A stretch of 63,930 bases of DNA, filler included, from Octopus bimaculoides (Eukaryota): the NCBI RefSeq assembly GCF_001194135.2. It is 5 parts of 5 records of this genome, joined end to end, with 100 filler letters (N's around TTAATTAATTAA, not from the genome) between each part and the next. Parts side by side here need not be neighbours in the genome. Positions count along the whole stretch, not along the records: positions 25,958 to 52,501 come from NC_068990.1; positions 52,602 to 57,425 come from NC_068997.1; positions 57,526 to 62,817 come from NC_068995.1; positions 62,918 to 63,930 come from NW_026405481.1; 1 more part is not named here. One strand, written 5' to 3'. A program made the translations under genes and the position numbers. Below the pieces are notes generated by a model, which was not told the DNA's origin, did not search any database, and worked only from the letters and a program-made list of their open reading frames with translations. Of the stretch, positions 51,746-63,930 are shown piece after piece; the first letter of the stretch is position 1, and each line of letters begins with the position of its first letter.

Positions 51746-52317
51746 AGTCGTCACATGCAATACTGGCTAATTATAATAAGAAACTTGAAATGAGAATCAA
51801 CAATGGTAGGAGTTGTGGCATTTTTTGTTGTCTTTATCGTTGCTGCTATCTTGTAATTCCTTGTTTTGTAGAGCTATTTTAACATATATTAACGAAAAAC
51901 TACAAATTTAATAATGAATGGAGCTATCATTTTTTCTTTATTAGGTATGTTAACTGATATCCGAAAGATGCAACATCACATTTCTTCGGAATAAACGAAG
52001 GAGGAAAATAATATAAGAGAAATACGGGTGGTTGAATACTTTAACGGGAAAATATCGAGCTTAAACGTGCTTGAGGAAGTAAGAAATGGTAATAAAAACC
52101 TCAGTTGTAAAAGAGATTGAAGAAATAAATGAAGGAGTGAAATAATAAGTGAACGAATATTTGAGTTGTAGAAATTTCGCTCCAACTACAACACTTGTAT
52201 GGAAAAGACTTCCGCATGGATAGAATGTTGTATAGGGGAATTTTCACTGAAAACTAAAGACTAGATGTGGCAACTCGTTTGTGAGTCTTCAGCACAACGG
52301 CATGGTGTATGGTGATG

Positions 52318-52363
52318 GTGATGTTACTGCTGCTGCTGCAGCAGAATCTAGTGGTGTTGATGA

Positions 52364-52397
<34 letters not shown>

Positions 52398-52501
52398 GGT
52401 GGTGGTGATGATGATGGTGAGTGGTAGTTGTGTTGGTGTTGGTGTTGGAGGTGATGGTAGTTATGGTGGAGGTAGTGGTGGTTATTGTTGTTGTTGTTGT
52501 T
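52318..52501. repeat. Compound trinucleotide tract (TGC/TGA/TGG/TGT)n
   Basis: Direct reading; source of the poly-M/V ORF. Confidence 0.9.
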
Positions 52502-52629
52502 NNNNNNNNNNNNNNNNNNNNNNNNNNNNNNNNNNNNNNNNNNNNTTAATTAATTAANNNNNNNNNNNNNNNNNNNNNNNNNNNNNNNNNNNNNNNNNNN
52601 NGTGTGTGTGTGTGTGTGTGTGTGTCTGC

Positions 52630-54720
52630 ATAGACTCTGTAACTAACAGATTGCGAACCTAGCATCCCAAAAGTGGCGAGAAGTCTCGTCTGAAGAGAAT
52701 GCTATTGGAGATTGAGAAACGTCTGCATCAGTCTCATAAAAAGGAGAGAGCAAATAAAGAAGCTTGGGTTATAGAAAATATCAAGTCAAACCCTGAAGCT
52801 TTCTTTAATTTTGCCAAGGAAACAGCCACAATACACCACATGATAGGATCCCTCTTTCAAAAAGATGATTCCCTCACAGGAAACTCCATGAGGGTAAGTG
52901 AAATACTGAACGAACAGTTCCAAAGTGTGTTCACTACACCGCTGGGACACAGATAAGTGAACAAACCAGCAGAATTCTTTACCACATTACGTAAAACCAA
53001 AGAGGTTAAAAAATTGAGTACATAAACATTGAAGATGTAATACTGGCCATAGTTGACACAAACTCAGCGGCTGGCCCAGATGGGTTTCCAGCGCTCCTAT
53101 TCAAATCCTGCAAGCGAGCTCTTACAAAACCACTGCAACTTCTCTTCCAGAGCTTCTTTGCAAATGATAAGCTCCCAGAAAATTAAAGGAAGGGATAATA
53201 AGCCCTATCCATAATGGAGGAAGCAGAGCAGATACTAAAACTTGTAGGCCTATCTCTCTGATTTCACACATCAGTAAAGTCATGAAACGAATAGTCTGCA
53301 AGAAGCTAATCACGTTCCATAAGAAAATGACTTGCTAACTGACACCCAGCATGAATTTCGTCCAGGTAAAAGCTGTCTGACACAGCTCCTGCAACACTAC
53401 GACTGGGTGTTAAAACAACTGCTGAATGACTCAAGCGTGGATGTGATACATCTCGACTTTTCAAACGCCTTTGTTAAAGTTGACCATGGTATGATATGTC
53501 ACAAACGGCGATCTCGGCATATGCGGAAAACTTGGAGAATGGCTGCACAACTTTGTAAAGGATTGAAGTCAGGCAGTAGTGGTTAATGGAGCCACCTCCA
53601 AGGAAACGCAAATAGTAAGTGGTGTTCCACAGGACACTGTCTTGGGGTCTCTGATATTCATAGTGGCCCTCCCAGACATACCCTCGGCTGCTCAGATAGC
53701 CACCCTTGCTAGTTATGCAGATGACACAAAAGTCTCTCAGACAATACAAAATCCTGGAAATATTGCACATCTGCAACAGGAGTTGGACGCAATATACAGG
53801 TGGGCTGAGGACAACAACATGCAGTTTAATGCAGGAAAATTCCAGGCCCTATGCTACCAGCACACAAAGATAAATGACATGCAGACAGAATACACTGGCC
53901 CAGGAGGAACTGAAATCCTTGAATCAAAGTCAGTGCGTGACCTGGGCATTGACATGAGCAATGATGCATCTTTCCAAGTGCATATTACCAATTTGATAAA
54001 AAAAAATGCAGACGGATGGNNNNNNNNNNACCAATTTGATAAAAAAAAATGCAGACGGATGGCTGGATGGATCCTCCGAACTTTCAAAACAAGAGAAAAG
54101 GAGACATTGATGATCCTTTGGCGGACATACGTTCTCAGCCGTTAGACTATTGCTCCCAACTATGGTCACCACACAATAAAAATCCACAGCGGAACTCGAA
54201 GCAATCCAACGAAGCTACACTAAGAAAATCGTCTCGATGCAACATGTCAACTACTGGGGAAGACTTAAAGAATTAAAACTCTTTTCCCTGGAACGAAGGC
54301 GGGAGAGATATGCAAGGATATATATCTGGAAAATCCTAGAAGGCCATGTACCAAACTTTGGCATTGAAAGTTACTCAAACTGCATAGTGCCAAAGATCCC
54401 AGCATCGCCATCAAAATACAGGACCAGATACTGCAACATCTTGGGCTTCAAGGGCCCACAGCTCTTTAATGTCCTTCCAAAATGCCTGGGAGACCTTGCA
54501 TGGTGTGGGTATAAGTGTCTTTAAAACAAAACTAGAACTGTTCTTGTTACGAGTTGCAGAGGAACCGACCTCACGGCAGGAAACACATATGAGGGCAGCA
54601 GCATGAAACTCCCTCATTGACCAAATTCCACATATCAGAGGAGGTTCCAAATAATTGTGTAGCTCAGTCAACGGTGGTGCTCCAGCATGACACTAGCTTT
54701 GCAGTTGAAACAGTTTTAAC
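52630..54720 (+). mobile_element. CR1-clade LINE, RT to 3' end, 5'-truncated and frameshifted
   Basis: IKSNPEAFFNFAK, AAGPDG, QHEFRPGKSCLTQLL, HLDFSNAF.KVDH, SGVPQDTVLG, YADD at 53714-53725, VRDLGI, LDYCSQLW, SLERRRERY. Confidence 0.92.
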
Positions 54721-54796
54721 AATAGTTTATATACATATATACATACATATATATATTTATTTATATATATACATATATATCTATTTACATATATAC

Positions 54797-54829
<33 letters not shown>

Positions 54830-54959
54830 TANNNNNNNNNNATATATACATAGATACATATATACTACATATATATACATATATCCATATACTTAGCCTT
54901 CTTTCCTCTTCTCGAGGCCCTGTTCTTTCCTTTTCCCTCTTCTCTTATGTATTTGTATT

Positions 54960-55075
54960 CACTCTGATGAAGCTCCTTGCACTAGATCGGATGTGTTATA
55001 AAGATGAAGAATATTATTCTCATAATTTTCTTTGGGGGCACTGACTGACATTGGCAGCAGAAACGGCTGCAAGCA
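54960..55075 (+). ncRNA. Hammerhead-like motif with long stem II insertion, probably inactive
   Basis: CTGATGA at 54964-70 and GAAAC ggct GCA at 55060-71, 89 nt apart; triplet GCA lacks the required U. Confidence 0.35.
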
Positions 55076-55457
55076 ATGTTCAAGCTTTGTATTAAAAAAT
55101 ATTTAAACGATATCAGTCAATTTGATTGTTGATCAAATATTTTCTCCATTTTCTGCTCATTTAAAATTTGATTCCTGATAAACTCTCGTTTATTCTGTTC
55201 TTACCTGTATCCTATATATATAGTATGCTTGCATACCCACGCCCAGGGTTAACATAGGTAATTTACACCGGTAGTAATAACGGATACTTTTATCCCTTAG
55301 ATGGTTACTCTAACCGCTAATTCTACTACCTATATATACACACACACACATATATATGTACATACACNNNNNNNNNNNNNNNNNNNNNNNNNNNNNNNNN
55401 NNNNNNNNNNNNNNNNNNNNNNNNNNNNNNNNNNNNNNNNNNNNNNNNNNNNNNNNN

Positions 55458-55523
<66 letters not shown>

Positions 55524-56633
55524 CATACACTCTGTAACTAACAGACAAACGACTTCCTGACCAAGACGATATCTAGAGATTCATTCGATGAATGAAGATG
55601 CTGGGTTTGTTTTCCTCCAGCAGAGACACAAGAGGACCCTCAGCCGACACCAGTCTAACTGGACAGTCAATACAGCCCTGAGGATAATTTTACCAACATG
55701 TACCGTTGTTACTTGACCATTTTCAACTTCCGCAAACGGCTAAAACATTATCATCTTTCCGTTAGAATGTATCTTCGTCAGTGTTAGCTCCATTAGTTCT
55801 AGCATTGACGTGACATAGTTATGAAACCTACTTAAAAAGACGATAATGTCGTCGTATAGCGTTCAAATTTGGGCGACTACGAAGCGCTCGTTCCTCCGAA
55901 AAAAGTCTTTTCTAGACATGTAACCAACAACTATACACCCAGTTCTATCTAATCTGCTACAATTATATATANNNNNNNNNNNNNNNNNNNNNNNNNNNNN
56001 NNNNNNNNNNNNNNNNNNNNNNNNNNNNNNNNNNNNNNNNNNNNNNNNNNNNNNNNNNNNNNNNNNNNNNNNNNNNNNNNNNNNNNNNNNNNNNNNNNNN
56101 NNNNNNNNNNNNNNNNNNNNNNNNNNNNNNNNNNNNNNNNNNNNNNNNNNNNNNNNNNNNNNNNNNNNNNNNNNNNNNNNNNNNNNNNNNNNNNNNNNNN
56201 NNNNNNNNNNNNNNNNNNNNNNNNNNNNNNNNNNNNNNNNNNNNNNNNNNNNNNNNNNNNNNNNNNNNNNNNNNNNNNNNNNNNNNNNNNNNNNNNNNNN
56301 NNNNNNNNNNNNNNNNNNNNNNNNNNNNNNNNNNNNNNNNNNNNNNNNNNNNNNNNNNNNNNNNNNNNNNNNNNNNNNNNNNNNNNNNNNNNNNNNNNNN
56401 NNNNNNNNNNNNNNNNNNNNNNNNNNNNNNNNNNNNNNNNNNNNNNNNNNNNNNNNNNNNNNNNNNNNNNNNNNNNNNNNNNNNNNNNNNNNNNNNNNNN
56501 NNNNNNNNNNNNNNNNNNNNNNNNNNNNNNNNNNNNNNNNNNNNNNNNNNNNNNNNNNNNNNNNNNNNNNNNNNNNNNNNNNNNNNNNNNNNNNNNNNNN
56601 NNNNNNNNNNNNNNNNNNNNNNNNNNNNNNNNN

Positions 56634-56669
<36 letters not shown>

Positions 56670-57390
56670 ACTGATGTTTATACGCGGATATTATGTTATT
56701 GTTCAAAATCAAAAGACACTGAAGCAGTTTTAATAACAGAAATGATATTCCGGACAGATAATATTTTAAGTATATTTAATCTCAGATACTTTAAATATTT
56801 TATATAGCTTCCATTTATAATGCATTGTTTATTATTGGGAAACTTATCTAAAACAACATGTGATTTTTAATCCTTCGCTTCTATGCATGCTCTGAATGTT
56901 GTTTCATCTCCGATAAGAGCTTTTTGATGTCATATTGATGTCATATTTAGCTATTGTCTTGTTTTCTGTTTGCTAACTGCAATATGAATATATATCACTT
57001 TTCAATTTTTCCATTTCTTGATGGCATTTAACTCTGGTGAGATAAAGATGTGTGTAACATTACACTTTACCACTGTATTTGTATCATATTTACTATAAAT
57101 ATGTTATATCTTTTACCCAGAAAGTTATATTAGAACAAAGTTATAATTGAATCAACAAAGAAGCGTCTAAGTGTTTATATAACAAGCAACACATAGTAGC
57201 CATATTTCCCTCAGATTAGATCCTACGGGAAAAGTTAAAAACGCATTAGATAATATAATCCTTGATATATAATACCTAAAAGACAGTAGAGATAATCTTA
57301 GCTAGAAGAGTTTAATCATACGTCAGTTCAGGTTGTTGTAGTGGGGACGAGCAACAAACAAGTTTACACTGGTTTATATATTTTGTTAGT

Positions 57391-57424
<34 letters not shown>

Positions 57425-57572
57425 CNNNNNNNNNNNNNNNNNNNNNNNNNNNNNNNNNNNNNNNNNNNNTTAATTAATTAANNNNNNNNNNNNNNNNNNN
57501 NNNNNNNNNNNNNNNNNNNNNNNNNATATACGCATGTTCATTTAAGTAGTTATATGTTGTATGTATGTATAT

Positions 57573-57682
<110 letters not shown>

Positions 57683-59242
57683 ATGTATATATGTATATAC
57701 TTATACATATTTACATAGACAGATGGATAGCTAGAGAGAGATAGCTACATAGATACATACATGCATACATACAGACATACATACATACATACATACATAC
57801 ATGCATACATACATACATACATATATACATACATAGGTAGGCAGGCAGGCAGGTAGGTAGGTAGGTAGGTAGGTAGGTACAAAGGTAGCTAGGTACGTGA
57901 TGTCTTGTGGAGGTGATCGAACGATCAAAACTTACCCTGGTACCCGAAGCTGCAGCTGAAATCCATTAGCCACCATTTGATGTCCGCTGATCTCTTGAGG
58001 TGTGTCTGTCTGTTTCGCCTCTTATGTTTTGTTCATTGTTCAAGAAAATATTCACCGACCGATCTGGCCACTCACAGATTCGTACGTGTTGATACATACA
58101 CGCTCATATATTCACATTGATATAAACATCCTCACATAGACACACATATACATACAGCATGTACTTATACTCTAGCATTGTAATTCACACCACACACATA
58201 CACATACACACACACACACACAAATATATATATATAGACAAAGTATTATGTCATACGTATTATTTTATATAGAACTACCCCATTTCCGTCATCTCCCTTT
58301 TATTTTGTCTACTCCCTCTATTTTTCTTCCTTCTCTTATTCCTCTCACCTTCCTACCTCTTGTAGTCTACCTAAGTAGAATCACATTATTACCCCCCCCC
58401 CCACTCTCTGTCTTTCTGTTTTTCTCTCCCCCTCTCTCTCTCTATGTTTCTTTCACTCATTCACTCTCTATCTATCTTACACGTGATCTCTTCCTCACAC
58501 TTTCTGGTGCTGGTATTTATAATGATGATGATGATCGTGGTGGTGGTGGTGGTGGTGGTGGTGAAAATGCGGGTTGTTGATATCAGCAGCTGCGTAAGAT
58601 AAAAAAGACAATACGATTCGTATTGAGAATGACTGACCTCAATTGATAATGTCAAAAATAACGACGCTAACGTCGTAATGTAATGCCCTTGTTACGAATA
58701 ACATGAATCTCACGTGTGATACCTTATACTGGATCACTGAGTAATACTGCAAATTTGAGTAATACTGCAAACCTGCAGCTCACAACGTCCTGTCTTTTTG
58801 TCTTAATCATAACTGTCATCTGAGATTTAATTGGTACGGCCTGAGCACAGGAAAAACCTCCTTATATCATAGTTTCAATGCAGCTTTCAGGAAATCTACT
58901 CGCTTTCATTTTTGCATGTGTCCGGTTGTCGACGCTTAATGAAAATCAAGCGCTTCAGCTACTCTTGTGCTATTGTCTGTCACACTCATTTCTCTATGTT
59001 TCCTCTAGCATCTGAGTCTCTCTTTCTTTCTCTCTCCCTCTCGCTCTTTGTCTATCTCCGGGCAGCCTAATATATATATATATATATAGGTAATGTCCGT
59101 AGCCACTTCATCATGGCTGTCCGTTCGAATAGATTTTTTAGAGTTAGAGCGAGTATACAGCTGTATAAATATGTATTTACCTTCTTGCAAAAGATAGACA
59201 TCATCAGAACGAAAAAGATAAAGATAAACAAAAAGGAGAATA

Positions 59243-59273
59243 GAGCCTGATATATGGAAACAGCTGTAAACTC
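59243..59273 (+). ncRNA. Hammerhead remnant lacking stem II
   Basis: gagc CTGATA tatg GAAAC agct GTA aactc. Confidence 0.35.
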
Positions 59274-59862
59274 ACTCGAACTCTCATCCCTCTTAACTAA
59301 TTAAATAATGGCTTTATAGCACCAAAGATCCACTTCCAATTGTTATTTATTTCTCCATTTCATTTTCTTATCGTCTGTATATACATTAAACTACGGTTTA
59401 CCGTTTATATTACTTACTGCCGTATACCTTATAACAAGGACCATACATACTGAGGTAATTACCAGGAGTGTCTCTGCATAAATCTATCCCTGAGGTTCAC
59501 TACAGCCGTTTCAGACGTGTCTTTTTTTTTTATGAACAAATCAACTACATCCTGTAAAAAAAAATCCGTTTCTTCCCGTGAATTAAAATAAAAATAAGAT
59601 ACGATTTAATGTTTAGGATTTTCCACACAAACAGTATAAAATGCATATTGACTCTGCCATCTCTGTGCTAGTTAAGAGAGTAAATTGGGGAATGCTCTTT
59701 TGACCTTAAATATACGTTGTAATAAATCTATCCACACCTCTAGACGATGGAGAAAGAAGAAGAAAAGAAAACAACTCATATTCCAGTTATAGGAAGCTAA
59801 AGAGTCATTGTTATTAGAATAGTTATTAGAATAGTTCGATTCCATGGAATCCTGCAAGAAAT

Positions 59863-59900
<38 letters not shown>

Positions 59901-59907
59901 TGTTTCT

Positions 59908-59945
<38 letters not shown>

Positions 59946-59970
59946 GGATAGATAGATAGATAAAGCTAAA

Positions 59971-60110
59971 CATCCTATCTGGCCACCACAGACCCTAGAC
60001 CTCGATATCATTGAACATTTATGATGCATTTTAGAAAAAACAAGTAAGGAGTTGATATCCTCCACCATCATCGCTACAAGAACTGGAGACAAGAACTGTA
60101 TACATTATAG
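59971..60110 (+). mobile_element. Tc1-type transposase fragment
   Basis: WPPQTLDLDIIEHL*CILEK resembles WPPQSPDLNIIEHLW (DD34E region). Confidence 0.65.
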
Positions 60111-60403
60111 AACATTTATAAATAGGAGGTTTTACAGCTGTTTCCAGGATATTGATTATATCCCTTCATCGGAGACGGTGTGATAGGATGATTAAGCACT
60201 AGTTAGTTTAGTTAAGATAGGAAATAGAGAGTGAATGTAGGGATATTGTATTTGTAAATCCATTGTTTAGGCAGAATGGTATACAAATAAGATTCCAATA
60301 CCTTGTGAGTAAAACTATTGCTTAACCATCCTCTCACACAGTCTCCGATGAAGGGATATAACAACTATCTTGGAAAGAGCTGTAAGACCTATTTATAAAT
60401 GTT
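60111..60403. mobile_element. Foldback element with about 93-bp terminal inverted repeats, each containing a hammerhead-like motif
   Basis: 60111-60204 vs 60313-60403 roughly 88% identical by eye; motifs at 60129-60176 (-) and 60341-60388 (+): gtct CCGATGA a gggatat..tatcct g GAAA(C/G) agct GTA a(g/a)ac. Confidence 0.85.
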
Positions 60404-61029
60404 GCATATTATACACGGCCTTGGTTTTTTATCTCATTACGAAAAGTAAATCCTTATACATACACACACACACACACACACANNNNNNNNNNNNNNNNNN
60501 NNNNNNNNNNNNNNNNNNNNNNNNNNNNNNNNNNNNNNNNNNNNNNNNNNNNNNNNNNNNNNNNNNNNNATAATTGATTGCCGCAGTTAATGACGTATAA
60601 TCATCGCTTAAACAAAATTAATAAGGAATTGTAAGATGTGGTTCTATTATATAGACTCTGTAGTTGGAGAAGTGTAGGTGTTTATCTAGGCAGTATAAAG
60701 ACGTCTTGATAGCAAGATATGCTATCTCATCACATCTTTTGAATTTTATTTAACGCATTCACCTGAATGATGTCGCGAGGCATTACACGACATTAAATGT
60801 CGTGTGTTAAATGTTGAGCGCGAAGAAGTTTTTTTGTTTTTTTTTGTTGCCATGGCAATTAAAATTAAAATGTCTATGTAGAAACTTTTGTTAATCTGCG
60901 GAAGGAAGTGGAATAACTCAAAAAAATGTGAAAAATTAAGAATTCAATGGAACAGGAAAGAGGTGTAAAATTATATTGCTAACTCAGAAGTGAAGCAATA
61001 CTTATGCACACTTACAGGCACGCATGCAT

Positions 61030-61032
61030 ACA

Positions 61033-61063
<31 letters not shown>

Positions 61064-61089
61064 CATACATACATACATACATACATACA

Positions 61090-61119
<30 letters not shown>
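61030..61119. repeat. (ACAT)n microsatellite
   Basis: Direct reading. Confidence 0.95.
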
Positions 61120-61120
<1 letters not shown>

Positions 61121-61352
61121 GGCGGCGAACTGGCAGAGACGTTAGCACGCCGGGCGAAATGCTCAGCGGTATTTCGTCTGCCGCTACGTTCTGAGTTCAA
61201 GTTTCACCGAGGTCGACTTTACCTTTCATCCTTTCGGGGTCGATTAAATAAGTACCAGTTACGCACTGGGGTCGATGTAATCGACTTAATCCGTTTGTCT
61301 GTCCTTGTTTGTCCCCTCTGTGTGTAGCCCCTTGTGGGTAGTAAAGAAATAA
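61121..61352 (+). mobile_element. SINE family B, full length
   Basis: ggcggcgaactggcagagacgttagcacgccgggcgaaatgctcagcgg..gagttcaag (tRNA-like boxes), body ending gtaaagaaataa. Confidence 0.92.
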
Positions 61353-61841
61353 CATACATACATACATACATACATAAAGCGCACAACGAAGACTAGCCAG
61401 TTGCATGAATATTGAAAATAAAAGAATAACGCTATATCCAATATCGAACCAGACAAAGTTTCGATCATCGAAATTATCTGGTTTTGATCTACCCCAGGTG
61501 AGAACGGAAGGTAGCCTGAAGATAAAGAATTCTTTGAAATTGATATGTCATTAATGAAAGGATGGCTTGTCCATCAGGAAATACGAGGAAAACATTTCAA
61601 GCTTGTTTTAGTTTCAATAATCGTCATCAGCTTAATAGGAAAATAAAACATGGCTATTAATGAATTATGCTAAACTAAGAGAATTAATAGACGAGGAAAA
61701 TTTGCCGCTCTGTTTTGGTTACCAAACAGAATATCTACAGAATGGTAGTCTTCTTTGCTTCTTTCGTCCTGTCTTCTATCATACATCGTTCCACTTGTCC
61801 CTAAAGATAATCGATATTCTCTTTCTTTGTTTGGGTGTGTG

Positions 61842-61884
<43 letters not shown>

Positions 61885-62611
61885 CTGTGTCTGTGTGTCT
61901 GTGTGTGGGGGGGTGCGTATGTGTGTGCATTAATGTGTCATGTGTGCGTGTGAGTAATTTTATGTATGTGTTCATTCGACGAATATTTATTCATCCACCT
62001 CAATAAAAGTAAGATAAATTTGACTCAGGCAGAATTTGAATTCAAAGCCTAGCAACCCGAAACAAACACTTCAAGACGGGATTGGCTTAACGTGAGAGCA
62101 CCGGAAAATGCCTTCCGCTATTTCTTCCAACTCTCTATGTTCTAAGGTTCAAACTTGCCTTTCATATTTGCAGACTTGATTAAATATTGGAAGTAATGAT
62201 ATCGACTACACTTGGTACCATTTGTGTCTATCCTCGAACAACTCTGGCAGTTCTTCCCCTATTATTTTGATTCTACCTGTCAAGAAAAGAGCATCCATTA
62301 GAACTTCTCGTATCCTTCAAATTTCCCAAAAGAACAAGGCAAACGCAGATGTAGATATATCTCTGTTTATCATTAATAATTTTTTGGGAATAAACCAAAA
62401 TATAGGTTAAGGGGTTAAGTATGGTTCTCGTAAATACTGAGTGACGTAAAAGAAGTTATTTTGAATTCGATGTTCCTTTCCACTCGACATATCTCATTCT
62501 ATAGATGTGCTTTGCAGTGGTAGATTTAAGAAGTCGATTCATATGATAGTGTCATACTGATGCTTTCTTATAACTACAATTCTTATACCACGCAATTGAT
62601 ATATATATATA

Positions 62612-62815
62612 TATTCTTTTATTCATTTACTTGTTTCAGTCATTTGACTGCGGCCATGCTGGAGAACCGCCTTTAGTCGAACAAATCGCCCACAAGACTT
62701 ATTCTTTGTGAGCCTGGTACTAATTCTATCACTATGTTACGGGTGCGTAAACACACTAACATCGGTTGTCAAGCGATGGTAGAGGGACAAACACAGACAC
62801 TCACACACAACTTTA
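62612..62815 (-). mobile_element. SINE family A, 3' half
   Basis: ttacttgtttcagtcatttgactgcggccatgctggag..taattctatc..atcggttgtcaagcgatgg. Confidence 0.85.
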
Positions 62816-63542
62816 TGNNNNNNNNNNNNNNNNNNNNNNNNNNNNNNNNNNNNNNNNNNNNTTAATTAATTAANNNNNNNNNNNNNNNNNNNNNNNNNNN
62901 NNNNNNNNNNNNNNNNNCCGTGTCACCCGGGTCACCCGACTAACCAATGGATTTCAGCTTCCGTCTTTCATAGCCTTCCCCTCCCCTCCCTCTGCTCCGG
63001 AGAAGGTGACTGGCGAAGTGCCATCTTCATTCAAGCAATCTTGGCTCCATATATATTATGACTCATTCTTTTCGTCACAGAAACCGTGCCACCAAATTCA
63101 GCAAAAATGAAATACGAAATATGTCATAAATTCCTACAAAATCTCCCGAAATATGGCATATTTGCCCATTACCCTTTTCTCATCTTCGATCTCATTACTT
63201 GTTTACATCTTGGCGTCTCGGGTACAAAATATCATAACAAAATCAGAGCTAGCCATAATTTCTATCAAAAATCTGTAGCGATGTAGTAGCACTGCTAACA
63301 CAGAAGAACACACTATTGACTTATAAATACGTTTAATATACTTTGTCGTATACTATGGTTCCATAACGAAATACTGTGACCCTACAAGACATTGATAGTA
63401 GCTAAGAGCTGGTTCTCTCAAAACTCCCCCCATGACAAGACGCAATTTAAAGTTATGCTCAAGACAAGCGTACCAAGCCTGCCCCCACGAAAGCTTGGAC
63501 TTCAGGTGTCCACTCCCCACCCTCCGAACCCTTACTTTAATT

Positions 63543-63750
63543 TTCAGTTCGTTGAACATTTATCTTTTAGCTGTTTTAGTCATTGGACTGCGGCCATGCT
63601 GGGGCACCACATTAACGGGTTCAGTCGAACAAATTGAACTAAGAAATGTCTTCTTTTTTTTTAAGTCTGGTATTTATTCTATCGGGTTCTTTTGTTCGAA
63701 ATGCTAGGTTATCGGGCGTCAATAAACCAACACCGGCCTTCAACCGATGA
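63543..63750 (-). mobile_element. SINE family A, 3' half, decayed
   Basis: gtcattggactgcggccatgctggggcacc..cagtcgaacaaatt..tatttattctatcggg..ttttgttcgaa. Confidence 0.75.
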
Positions 63751-63930
63751 GAAGCGTCGGTATATATATATATATATATACACTTTATTCGTGGGTAAAC
63801 AAGGCTACCAATAGTCTCATGTGAAGAGAGATCTTCACAATTGTTTAAGGCCACCACATGGGAACGTGGTTACTCGTCTCCATTTTGGTTCAGAATATTC
63901 ACCCACAAATAACATTTATCCACCAAAGCG

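Noticed and set aside
52634-55545. 17-bp match actctgtaactaacaga at 52634-52650 and 55529-55545, both after (GT)n
   Set aside because: A single 17-mer pair is plausible by chance in 64 kb, and the flanks do not align.
55745-55790. Minus-strand CTGACGA..GAAAG with a 4-bp stem I
   Set aside because: No credible stem II and U16.1 is not in register.
61511-61550. CTGAAGA-t-aaagaattcttt-GAAAT hammerhead-like string
   Set aside because: Core and stem II look right but no compatible NUH triplet with a stem I can be formed.
63040-63530. Possible CR1/L2 APE-linker relic (ILFVTET, WFHNEI)
   Set aside because: Motifs too short and degenerate to support a feature call.

Overview
Eukaryotic, AT-rich, microsatellite-dense draft scaffold with many N gaps. 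It is probably an octopus (inferred from the SINE families and repeat landscape; not verified). Most of the ORF track is noise from microsatellites, N runs and decayed transposons. Only one host coding exon is well supported: exon 1 of a + strand MIA-family SH3 gene (TANGO1/MIA3-like; signal peptide + LRLCADAECK, donor at 6035/6036). A weak candidate for its second exon lies at 23984-24078. The rest is a stack of decayed mobile elements: L1/Tx1, CR1-type, R4/Dong, HERO, RTE (four copies), BovB-like RTE, Penelope, Tc1/mariner/maT and three SINE families. The most interesting signal is a set of Penelope/retrozyme-type hammerhead ribozyme motifs. One is well preserved (31561-31629) and sits inside a 352-bp unit bounded by direct repeats. 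Two foldback elements (15133-15525 and 60111-60403) each carry an inverted, outward-pointing pair of degenerate hammerheads, and three further remnants occur elsewhere. Repeats in the putative intron show CpG decay and antisense orientation bias. No rRNA, genuine tRNA gene or CRISPR array was found. All family calls come from motif recognition by eye; no searches were run.
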